Part shown: piece by piece, positions 50,242 to 59,043 of the stretch
How the letters are laid out: the number at the start of each line of letters is the position of its first letter
How positions within the stretch are numbered: position 1 is the first letter of the stretch
Program-made: the position numbers and the translations under genes
Assembly (NCBI GenBank): GCA_963666345.1
Contig: OY762721.1
Coordinates: 1,344,001 to 1,408,000, forward strand
Reading direction: 5' to 3'
Origin: Desulfatiglandales bacterium
GTDB taxonomy: Bacteria > Desulfobacterota > DSM-4660 > Desulfatiglandales > Desulfatiglandaceae
Length of the DNA stretch: 64,000 nt
The notes under the pieces: generated by a model
Told to the model about the DNA's origin: nothing
The model's database searches: none
Seen by the model: only the letters and a program-made list of their open reading frames with translations

Positions 50242-50853
50242 ATGACAGATAAAAGAAATGATACGTGCAAACAAAGGCATATACCCGGCAGAGGACACAA
50301 AGGTCATGGCCCCTCCAGCGCTTGGATGCATGACCCGAAAACAGTACTCGATCTCATCCCGCTTAAAGAGGGGCAAGTCTTTGCAGACCTGGGTTGCGGC
50401 ACGGGTGATTACGCAATTGAGGCATCGACCATAGTCGGAACAACCGGCAGGGTCTACGCATTGGACAAGTTGCCCTATTTGATAGACAATCTCTCAAACA
50501 CCATTAAATCCCCGGGTTTGAAAAACATCACACCCATAACGGCGGACATCACAGAGCCTCTACCCATAGACGACAAGAGTGTGGATGTGGCTTTCATCGC
50601 TACCGTGCTCCACATCTTCGATTTGAAGCGGATCGCAGTCACCCTTTTTGTCGAAGTCTCCAGGATACTCAAACCGTCAGGCCGCCTGGCTGTAGTCGAG
50701 TGCAAAAAAGAGGACCAGCCCTTTGGGCCGCCGGAACACATGCGGAATTCCCCGGAAGAGCTAATAGCGGCCCTGTCTCCCTGCGGGTTCATACAGAGAA
50801 CCTACACCGATCTGGGCTACAACTATATAATTCAAGTTGAAAAACGGCAATAG
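50242..50853 (+). CDS. Class I SAM methyltransferase with His-rich N-terminus
   Basis: DLGCGTG, LKPSG, GPP. Confidence 0.88.
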   Translation: MTDKRNDTCKQRHIPGRGHKGHGPSSAWMHDPKTVLDLIPLKEGQVFADLGCGTGDYAIEASTIVGTTGRVYALDKLPYLIDNLSNTIKSPGLKNITPITADITEPLPIDDKSVDVAFIATVLHIFDLKRIAVTLFVEVSRILKPSGRLAVVECKKEDQPFGPPEHMRNSPEELIAALSPCGFIQRTYTDLGYNYIIQVEKRQ

Positions 50854-50878
50854 GTTCCACAACCTCAGAGTTAATGCC

Positions 50879-51334
50879 ATGGGGACGCAATCCGAAAAAC
50901 AGAATAATAATAGCGGCCTGATTTCATCCACCATGGAAGACTACCTCAAGGCCATATTCGAACTGGATAAGCTCAAGAGGGTTGTCAGAGTAAAGGACAT
51001 CGCCAAAAAACTCGAGGTAAAGATGCCAACAGTGACCGGCATGCTCAAAAAGCTGGAAGAACGCGGGCTGGTCAGGCACAAAAAATATGAATTCGTTGAA
51101 TTGACAGTTACAGGGGCCTTCTTCGGAAATGAAATGCGGCGGCGGCATGCCATACTGCTCAGGTTTCTCACTGAGATCCTGAAAGTTGAAATAAAAACAG
51201 CTGCAGAGGAGGCATGCAAACTGGAGCATTTTCTAAGCAAGGGCACATTGGAAAACCTCATAGATTTTATGGATTTTGTGGAAGCCTGCCCGAGAGCTCA
51301 AGAAAGATGGCCTGACCGGTCAAAGGACTGCTGA
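50879..51334 (+). CDS. DtxR/MntR family metal-dependent repressor
   Basis: MEDYLKAI, RRH..L..FL, EACKLEH. Confidence 0.92.
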   Translation: MGTQSEKQNNNSGLISSTMEDYLKAIFELDKLKRVVRVKDIAKKLEVKMPTVTGMLKKLEERGLVRHKKYEFVELTVTGAFFGNEMRRRHAILLRFLTEILKVEIKTAAEEACKLEHFLSKGTLENLIDFMDFVEACPRAQERWPDRSKDC

Positions 51335-51395
51335 TGAAAGGATCTTGAGAAGTTTAAGCTCACTGTTCAAAGTTTGAGGAATCCGGTTTTAGGGG

Positions 51396-52700
51396 TTAAT
51401 CACATCCTTTGTCTTCAGGTTGACCGGGCTGTCGTTTGAAGAGCGATTGGACTCGAAATTGTATGATAATTTCCGAGACGACAAATCCGGCAAGGGTAAA
51501 AAAAACCAAAAGAGTGTATAAACCGGCTACACCCAGGTGATCTCCTACGGCACCAAAGGCAGGGGCTGTAGCCAATGGAAAGATGATGAAGAGGCTACTG
51601 AGAACCGCAAAACCTGTGCCCGACTGATGTCCCGCACTGACACGCATCATAATGGTAAAGGCCCATACATGAATAGCGCCGATTAGGATATTGTCCAGGG
51701 ACAGAATTAGGCCGGCCTGCCATAAGGACATGCTGTGTTTTGCTCCACAAATGGCTGTAAAACCTGCAAGTATAATTGATATCATACAAAAACATCGAAG
51801 GAATATCCTGTTTCCGGTTCGATATAAAAGCCATCCCGAAACAGCTGTTCCAGTCAAGCCAGCCGGGTAGGCAAAGCTCATAAGAAGGGTCCCGATTTCT
51901 TTGGGGCACAAACCAAGATCCGCCAGAACAGGCATCCGCATTTGAAACCCTGTAAAGGCAAAGGTGGTCGAAGCTATCAGCACCGCAATTAACCAGTAGA
52001 CCTTATCGCGCCGAAGGAAGGCAAGGATGCCGAACGCCTTTTCCTTTTTATCGCTCTGGCCTTCCTCCCGGACAGGAGGGATCTCCCGATGAAAAAATAT
52101 CGGAAGGCTGAGCAGAAAGGCTGCCCCGGCCAGAAATATACACAGGGCTTTCCAACTCATAAAGGAATAGAGGAAAAGCATCAGCCCCCCTCCCATCATC
52201 ATGCCGGCGAATCTGGCGCCTGCCTGGATTGTATTGCCCCAGGGGCGTTCTTCAGGATAAAGGATATCGGTTGCATACCCGTCAACCGCAATGTCATTGG
52301 TCGCCATGACCATATTAAGCAGAAGCAGAATCAGGTACATCGTGCTGAAATGAGTCTCCGGAGGGGTAAAAGAGACGCAAAGTAAGAGAACCGCCCCAAG
52401 CCACTGCAGGGGAAATATCCATGTTCGCCGTCTACCTATTGAAGGGATATAGATGCGGTCCACCCATGGGGCCCACAGGAATTTTATGGCCCATGGAAGA
52501 TGGAGGATAAAAAGAGCGCCTATTCCTTTCAGCGGCATATGAAGCTGTCGCATAATTACGGGAAGACTTCCGAACACAAAGCCCAAAGAAATTGTCTGAC
52601 ATAGATACATGGAAGTCAGAAGTCCAGCCTTGAACTCTCTGGGATGGTCTGACATCCATTTCTTTAAAAAATGCCTCATGTTATAGTCCTTTAAAAGCAA
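51396..52700 (-). CDS. MFS transporter, AmpG/RhtX/FptX-like
   Basis: LPWAIKFLWAPWVD, GRRR.W, AT.DIAVDG. Confidence 0.88.
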   Translation of the reverse strand: MLLKDYNMRHFLKKWMSDHPREFKAGLLTSMYLCQTISLGFVFGSLPVIMRQLHMPLKGIGALFILHLPWAIKFLWAPWVDRIYIPSIGRRRTWIFPLQWLGAVLLLCVSFTPPETHFSTMYLILLLLNMVMATNDIAVDGYATDILYPEERPWGNTIQAGARFAGMMMGGGLMLFLYSFMSWKALCIFLAGAAFLLSLPIFFHREIPPVREEGQSDKKEKAFGILAFLRRDKVYWLIAVLIASTTFAFTGFQMRMPVLADLGLCPKEIGTLLMSFAYPAGLTGTAVSGWLLYRTGNRIFLRCFCMISIILAGFTAICGAKHSMSLWQAGLILSLDNILIGAIHVWAFTIMMRVSAGHQSGTGFAVLSSLFIIFPLATAPAFGAVGDHLGVAGLYTLLVFFTLAGFVVSEIIIQFRVQSLFKRQPGQPEDKGCD

Positions 52701-52740
52701 TAAATGGCGAGAATCAGTGAGGTATTTTCCTTGATCATTT

Positions 52741-53640
52741 TTACGCCTCAGTTAAAGAAATGAAAGGGGATAACTCGTCCGAATTCAATGCCAAAGTAAT
52801 TGAAGGAAGGGCTGCCATGTCAACATGGAATAGATCATAAAATACAGGCGGGGATAAGTGGATGTAGACCATATGGGCATGGGTTTGGCCGGGGATGATC
52901 AGGTCCCCTTCCTGACGGTGAAGATATAATATGCCGCTTGTACCTTCGTGATTTGAAAAACCCTGCCCGGTAAGGTCCTGTGCCTTTATCAGGTTGATAT
53001 AGTGCCCCGAAAGTAGAAAACCTAAATTCAGGGTGGGCTGATTTTTTTCATATTCAAGCCTGAGTTTTTCCCTAGGCTCAATGTCCAAACGGCTGAGCCA
53101 GAATCCTTCTTTAATTCGATACACCCATCGATTTTGAGAGGGCAGTACCACCCCGGTTTTTTTATGGGAAAGGAGCTGCCAAAGGTGTCCCAGCATGATG
53201 CCCGGTTTGGTATGTTCATGTGTCATTCCGTCCTGAAAACTTATAAAAAACCCCTTGTCTTCAAGCTCGGTGGGACCACCCTTTACGAGGTCAACCAGGC
53301 TATCGAGAGGTTCGATGGACATCGATCTGAACATCTTCAGCAATCCTCCGAGGTGGGCAGGTGTGCAGCTTACGAAAAACTCTGCCGCCTCAGGACCGTT
53401 TCCGTACAAGCCGTATCGCTTTTCGACAATATCAATGGTCACAAGGGCGTTTAAGAACCTCTCCGTATTGCCCGCATGCGCATTGATGGAGGATGCGATA
53501 TCGGCTGCAGAGCGAAAACTGGTCATCTCATCATAAATGTTCAGCTCGATGCCTGCCATGAGCAGCCGTGTGCGTATGGGGGGCAGTGGCGATTTCATGA
53601 AGCGGTCCGTAACTGTTTTCAACCGCGGAAAGTTTTTCAT
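52741..53640 (-). pseudogene. Chimeric ORF: deleted O-methyltransferase fused to a truncated AraC (PchR-like) N-terminus
   Basis: O-MTase dimerisation domain without a SAM-binding motif, followed by an AraC-like N-region without an HTH. Confidence 0.55.
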
Positions 53641-53745
53641 TTTAACTTACATTATCCATTAAGTATCCTTTCGACTGCGGGCCGCTTGTCTTTGCTAAAA
53701 TACCCGCTAGGGCCGAAATATTCTAAGGTGAAGGTTTCTCAGCGC

Positions 53746-54147
53746 CTAGTCCACCATAAAGGCATTATGTTTCAACTTCGCTTGCGCGTAGAGCCTGAGC
53801 GCCTCGTCAATATCCTTTATATCGGTTGCTATCACCCTGACGCCGCGGCTTGAAAAGTGCCGGTAGGCACCGATGCCTATCATATTCACAATAAGCGCCT
53901 CGCAGTCCTTGAAAACATCAAACATGTCGTTATGCCTCTGCTCGGTGTCGGGGCCGAAGCCGTGCCTCCCCTTTTCATCCGTCTGGGGATGGGTCTCAAT
54001 GGCTGAAAAAATCTCATGCCCGGGCTTTTCCCTCTCCTCTTTGTCCACGATACTTCCTTCATCCAGGGTGTATACATGGATGCGGCCGCTGCCGCCGAAG
54101 TGCGTGGCTATATTTAACCCGTCATCCGTTGCCACCGCGATTTTCAT
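53746..54147 (-). CDS. NifB/NifX family metallocluster-binding protein
   Basis: MKIAVATDDG...HFG, IG.GA; His-rich insert. Confidence 0.85.
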   Translation of the reverse strand: MKIAVATDDGLNIATHFGGSGRIHVYTLDEGSIVDKEEREKPGHEIFSAIETHPQTDEKGRHGFGPDTEQRHNDMFDVFKDCEALIVNMIGIGAYRHFSSRGVRVIATDIKDIDEALRLYAQAKLKHNAFMVD

Positions 54148-54227
54148 ATCCCGCTCCTTTATCTGATAAGCGGGCGCGCCTTACTTAAGGCACGCCCGCA
54201 CAGGTTAAGCAAAAAAAAGGCTGGTCT

Positions 54228-55496
54228 CTAAAACTCCACAGCCAGTTTGACCGTAAACAGATTCCTGTCATCGGCTATCATGCCGGTGCCGTCCTGGTTG
54301 TCCTCATCATATTCGCCGTGCAGAAACTCCCCGGACAGGGTCATATTCTCGAAAAGATCATAGTTGCCCACGATTCCGTACTGTTTCTCAGGCACAAGGC
54401 CGTACATATCGCTGGTCCCCTCATACCTGAGGCCCACCTGAAGGGGTTCAATGGGTCTCATGGCAAGTTCCAGGTTATAGGCCGAGGGTTTTGTCTTCAT
54501 AGCCGTGCCCACACGGTTTACAGAGTAACCCATTTCACCCGCCCTGAAGTCATCGAGTGCTGTTATATACTCAGCGCCAAAGCTGTATATGCCGAATTCG
54601 CAGACAAAGTACGCAGCCACGCCACCCACAGTATCATCCAGATCGTTTAAAGCACCGTCTATATTGATATCCTGGACCTCGTCCTGAAGGGTGTCGCTGT
54701 CGGCCACGTTGTTGATATATGAAAGGCCCATGAGAAGGTTTACTCCTCCCAGGGTACCCTCGGGATTATGGATATTTACATCACCGAAAAACCCGTTTAT
54801 CCTGCCGTCGTCTTCAAAGTCATCCTCGATATCCCCGTGGTACACACCGGCTCCCAACGAAACCCATTCCCCCTCAAAGCCTGCCTCAAGAGCCGTTTCT
54901 CCCGCCTCAAAGACCACCTGGGTTACAGGGTCCGATACGAACCAGGTGTTAAGCTCCCCGAAGTGCGGACAGTATTTTCCGGCCAGGAGATAAAATCCTT
55001 TTGTATCCTCTGTTCCGCCCAGAAGAAGGGTGGCCTCATCGACCCTTAGCCTGTCCGCGTCCTCATCTTCCTCATACAGGAGGGTAACGTGCCCCTTGGC
55101 ATACCTGTTTATGTCCATGTCAAGACCCAGTTCAAATGTTGAAAGGGCTATGTCGTCGTTTGTCACGCTGTCTGACTGAAGAGTTACAGGATTGATGGTA
55201 TCTGCCTTTTCACTTCCGAATTCCACTTCAATGGCACCGGACAGTCCTATCTTTTCGGTCCATTCCACCCCCTCTTTTACCGCATCGGAAAAAGTGGCCT
55301 TTTCATTAAGATCGGCCATCTGCCTCTCTTTTTTCTGAAGCTCTTCTTCAAGTTGCCCCATTCTTTCCTTCATATCCTTTATTTCCTGCATAAGCTCATA
55401 GTTTGACATCTCGCCTGCAAATGCCGGAATGCATGGCATGGCGCCGCACAACGAAATACACATAATCAGCTTTAATAGCTTTTTCATCTTCTGCAC
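54228..55496 (-). CDS. LbtU-like outer-membrane (siderophore) porin
   Basis: Signal peptide, coiled coil, SG.IEVE, LLYEE, SDP, terminal Phe. Confidence 0.75.
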   Translation of the reverse strand: MQKMKKLLKLIMCISLCGAMPCIPAFAGEMSNYELMQEIKDMKERMGQLEEELQKKERQMADLNEKATFSDAVKEGVEWTEKIGLSGAIEVEFGSEKADTINPVTLQSDSVTNDDIALSTFELGLDMDINRYAKGHVTLLYEEDEDADRLRVDEATLLLGGTEDTKGFYLLAGKYCPHFGELNTWFVSDPVTQVVFEAGETALEAGFEGEWVSLGAGVYHGDIEDDFEDDGRINGFFGDVNIHNPEGTLGGVNLLMGLSYINNVADSDTLQDEVQDINIDGALNDLDDTVGGVAAYFVCEFGIYSFGAEYITALDDFRAGEMGYSVNRVGTAMKTKPSAYNLELAMRPIEPLQVGLRYEGTSDMYGLVPEKQYGIVGNYDLFENMTLSGEFLHGEYDEDNQDGTGMIADDRNLFTVKLAVEF

Positions 55497-55541
55497 ACTC
55501 CTTTCCTCTTTTCATAGTTCATTGACATGTCCGCAAATGAA

Positions 55542-56549
55542 TTATCCGGCGAATGCCTTTATCCATTTTAAGAGAACGACCGGATACTCAAGCACACCCG
55601 AATCGGCATAAAAAGGCAGGTTATAAAGGGCCATCTCTTTGACCGCCTTTACCTTCATGATCTCAGGGTGTTCTTTTGAATAGGTCCTTATCGTCTTCTG
55701 CACGGCAAAGGCGTCACCCGTCATAACGATCACGTCAGGGTTGGCCTTGATTATAGGGGCCAGGTCCATCCCTTTCCTTGTCTTGCGCACCAAGTAATGG
55801 CCCTTTTCAGTTTTACCGCCCGCAGGCATGAAGCAGTCCCCGACATTGACGCAACCCAGGGGTCCAAGCAGAAACCTGTCTGAATATCCTCCAGGGGCCT
55901 CCACCCTCAACAGGCACTTCCCGGTTGAAGGCTGATATGTGCCGCTTAGGATAATTACCTTGTTACCCAGTTTCCGTGCAGGAAGTTTTGTCTTTGCCGC
56001 TGCCAGATCCTTTTTGTATCTTTCAATCACCACTTCGGCCTTTGCTTCCCGTCCCACAAGTCGGCCAACCTTCAGTACCGCCTGCTCCAACCCGGCTGAA
56101 AAATCAACAAACTCTATCTTGACACCCTGCTTTTCCATGATCGGAACAATGTTTTCCGGTTTCACCTTCGGCATGTAGAGGCAGAAGGGATCGCTTTTTT
56201 CAACAATGATCCGGCTTATACCCATCTTTTTGCACGCATTCGGAACCACCTGCTTTTTTATGGATACACATCGCGGGCACCCCAGCATCTGGGATGCGGT
56301 CTTGAGCCTTTTCGCCATGGGCCACAGCGACCCCCTTACCGACATTGCCTCGGGAATCACGCCAAGGTTAAAGGCGATATCAACCACCCGGTCCCCTATG
56401 ATGATGGTCTTTATCTTCTCGGGTGGCGGGGATTTCATCCCCGCCTCAGCCTTTACAGGCAGAAGCGTCACAGCAAAGATAAGGGCCAGTGCAGCCGCCC
56501 ATGACGCAACAACCTTGAAATAAAACCGTTTTTTCAAATTCTCTTTCAT
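55542..56549 (-). CDS. Periplasmic metal/siderophore-type substrate-binding protein
   Basis: Signal peptide, NPDVI, AVK...Y.LP pattern; CPRC. Confidence 0.65.
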   Translation of the reverse strand: MKENLKKRFYFKVVASWAAALALIFAVTLLPVKAEAGMKSPPPEKIKTIIIGDRVVDIAFNLGVIPEAMSVRGSLWPMAKRLKTASQMLGCPRCVSIKKQVVPNACKKMGISRIIVEKSDPFCLYMPKVKPENIVPIMEKQGVKIEFVDFSAGLEQAVLKVGRLVGREAKAEVVIERYKKDLAAAKTKLPARKLGNKVIILSGTYQPSTGKCLLRVEAPGGYSDRFLLGPLGCVNVGDCFMPAGGKTEKGHYLVRKTRKGMDLAPIIKANPDVIVMTGDAFAVQKTIRTYSKEHPEIMKVKAVKEMALYNLPFYADSGVLEYPVVLLKWIKAFAG

Positions 56550-56568
56550 GATAGTCTTCTCCGATTCT

Positions 56569-57600
56569 TTAAAATTTCATTGCCAGCTTGACCACGACCT
56601 GGAAATCCTCTGAAAGCTGGGTGCCGTTCAGATCCCGGTAGACCGGAATCGGAACGCAGGCGTCAAGATGCATCCCCTTGTGAAACTTGAAATGAACGCC
56701 GGGGGATAGGTATATGACATGGCCGCCAGTGTTTTCCTGCTTTTGGCCGTCAAGTTTTGCCTTTCCCTTTACATCCCCGTTCAGCTCAAGTCCCAGATCA
56801 AACAGCCTTGATACTGCATAGCCGTAGGCAAAGTTATATTTAAACCGATCCGGTTTCTCATAATCCCTGCTCCCCAGCTCACCTTCAGTGGAGAGCTTGC
56901 ACATGAAATAGCTTGACAGCCAGTGCCGGCCGATAACCTTGTGAGCGCCAAGCTCCACTATCGGATCCCACGAACCTGAACCGGTCTGCAAAAATCCGGG
57001 CAGGAACACGCCTGCCTCGTCTTTCTCGTCTGTTTCCCCGGTAGGCATCTTCACTCCCACGCCGACAGCCATATTAAGAGGGTCTTTTCGCTTCTGCGAC
57101 ATGATCCTGTACCTGGAAATGAGTTTTATGTCGCCTACCCCTGAATTGCTGTCTGCAAAGTCCTTTGTCTTGGAATGCCTGTACATATGCTTGTCAAGAA
57201 ATGGAACCACCACACGAGCATCAAAGTTCTCAAATATCCCGGCTCGCAGGGTGAGCTGATACTTATCCGTAGTCTTTTTACTCACCTTTTTGCCTGGCCC
57301 TGTGGGCCTTGCAAAATCTACCTCATCGTCTCCTTGGTAAAGCTGGTCCTCTATGACGTTGATATATTTAAGTATGATCCCACATTCGCCCTTCTCATAG
57401 ACTCCTCCATTGCTTTGATTCACCGGCCCCACAGGCCTGGGCCCCTTTGCCTGCTTATCCTTCTGAGCAGCACCCGCTGGCTCGACCTGGACGATGAGCA
57501 GACACAGGGCAAGAAAAAGGCCCTGCACAATCCACGGTATCAGCTTGGATCTATTTGATCTGATTTTACACATCTGACGTGATTCTCCTTTTCGTTTCAT
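56569..57600 (-). CDS. Outer-membrane beta-barrel 'transporter' (MetA-pathway-like)
   Basis: G.GDI, K.PTG, Q.GSGSWD, NG.Q, terminal Phe. Confidence 0.75.
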   Translation of the reverse strand: MKRKGESRQMCKIRSNRSKLIPWIVQGLFLALCLLIVQVEPAGAAQKDKQAKGPRPVGPVNQSNGGVYEKGECGIILKYINVIEDQLYQGDDEVDFARPTGPGKKVSKKTTDKYQLTLRAGIFENFDARVVVPFLDKHMYRHSKTKDFADSNSGVGDIKLISRYRIMSQKRKDPLNMAVGVGVKMPTGETDEKDEAGVFLPGFLQTGSGSWDPIVELGAHKVIGRHWLSSYFMCKLSTEGELGSRDYEKPDRFKYNFAYGYAVSRLFDLGLELNGDVKGKAKLDGQKQENTGGHVIYLSPGVHFKFHKGMHLDACVPIPVYRDLNGTQLSEDFQVVVKLAMKF

Positions 57601-57602
57601 TT

Positions 57603-57682
57603 AAAAAGGCGCAAAGGGGCTGTATAGTACAGACCCTGTTGCGCCTTCACTTGTCCCGCCTGTTATCGGGACCCGTAAGACA
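57603..57682 (-). ncRNA. Candidate attenuator RNA, copy B
   Basis: UGUCUUACGG-[GUCCCG/CGGGAC]-AAGUGAAGGCGCAA...UUGCGCC-U5. Confidence 0.7.
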
Positions 57683-57786
57683 GCCTCCTTAAAATCTTCA
57701 GAGACCTTGCATCAGTTTTTTCTTCTCTTTTCGGTGCCGCCGGGAATCAGACCATTTTCTGATGCCGGCCGCCCTTTGCGCCCATA

Positions 57787-58584
57787 TTATTTCATGTCAC
57801 GCGCCTGCACCCATATCACTGCGTCCTGGGACAACTCTTTACCCTTAAATTTATCAGCCGGACCCGCGCCGAGCGCGCAAAAGCCCCACCATCCGGCCCT
57901 GGGGATGCCGAAGGAAAACTCACCGTTTACATTAGCCTTGATGGTCATGGTTACAAAGGCATCCTGTGGGGCCTCGACCTGAGCCTCTTTTGCAAATGCG
58001 TTTTTTTCCATCATCGGCATGTGGTTCATGTACTCCACCTCTATCTCGGCATACGGTACCGGTTTTCCGTCCCCTTTTACGATTCCCCTGAATACGTTGC
58101 CTGTCCAGAGCGCATAAGGCTTGTCAAGGGGCACGATTTCCGCGGGCATGCCTAACTCAGCATCCCAGTCGGTCGGGAAACCGCCCGTGTTGACTATTAC
58201 CTTGCTTATCTGCTGTATGTAGCAGTCTTCTTCCTTTTCATAATACGGAGAAGGCACAAGACAGAACACATTGTCACCCATACCTCTCAGCTTATAGTCA
58301 GCTTCATAGGCCTTTCCGCTGTTTGTAAGGCTTACCCAGTTAATGGGCCTGAGGGTATCTAAGAGGTCCTTTTTCTTTCCCTTTCGAACGACAAAGAACT
58401 GCTCCGGCTCTCCCATGTCCATGGTGTGCCCCGCCTCAAAGGGGTGAGTGAAGACAAGCTTCATGTCTATATTCTCAGCCTTATCAAGGGCCGCATCAGG
58501 TGTGTAGATCATCTGGAAATGGGCAAACGCCGGAGCCGCCGTCATCAGGAACAATCCTGCCAGTAAAACGATCGCTTTTTTCAT
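57787..58584 (-). CDS. DUF4198 (NikM/CbiK-like) periplasmic protein
   Basis: AHFQMIY, FTHPF, EIVPL.KPY, GWWGF. Confidence 0.85.
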   Translation of the reverse strand: MKKAIVLLAGLFLMTAAPAFAHFQMIYTPDAALDKAENIDMKLVFTHPFEAGHTMDMGEPEQFFVVRKGKKKDLLDTLRPINWVSLTNSGKAYEADYKLRGMGDNVFCLVPSPYYEKEEDCYIQQISKVIVNTGGFPTDWDAELGMPAEIVPLDKPYALWTGNVFRGIVKGDGKPVPYAEIEVEYMNHMPMMEKNAFAKEAQVEAPQDAFVTMTIKANVNGEFSFGIPRAGWWGFCALGAGPADKFKGKELSQDAVIWVQARDMK

Positions 58585-58705
58585 GCTGTTATCTCCTTTT
58601 GTCTTCTGATTTTGTAAATTGTCGATTAATCAAATAGTTGAATAATGTACCTGTTTTAAGAGCATAGGAAATAGACTGACAGCTGATAGCTGACAGCTTG
58701 TTCAA

Positions 58706-59023
58706 TCACTCGGTTATCTCGCTTCCCTTGACCTCTATCTCGTGGCCGGGGCCTGCATCAAAGATCACCTTGTAGTCGCCCTGAGGCTTGTCAAAGGTAA
58801 ATTCACTGTCCTGGTCCATCTTGCCTTCGAGCAGAACCTTTTCCCCGCTCTTAACTCTCATCTTTACCCCCGCCGCAGAAGAGCCGTCCGAGAAGCCCCC
58901 CTCGCAGGTGATCGAGCCGTCCCCGTTGTCATAGCAGGAACAAAGCGGAGTGTGAGCCAAGGCAAAACCGTAAAAGCCCAGAAAAAGCCCAACCATGGCG
59001 ACTAAAAATACTTTTTTGAACAT
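58706..59023 (-). CDS. Small periplasmic protein, N-terminal His, putative metal binding
   Basis: AHTPLCSC...GGFSDGS...DAGPGH. Confidence 0.75.
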   Translation of the reverse strand: MFKKVFLVAMVGLFLGFYGFALAHTPLCSCYDNGDGSITCEGGFSDGSSAAGVKMRVKSGEKVLLEGKMDQDSEFTFDKPQGDYKVIFDAGPGHEIEVKGSEITE

Positions 59024-59043
59024 TTTGAAATCCTCCTTTTTTG

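Noticed and set aside
54169..54200. Hairpin GCGGGCGCGCCTT...AAGGCACGCCCGC as a fourth attenuator copy
   Set aside because: It lacks the CUUACGG / AAGUGAAGG core; probably an ordinary stabiliser or terminator.
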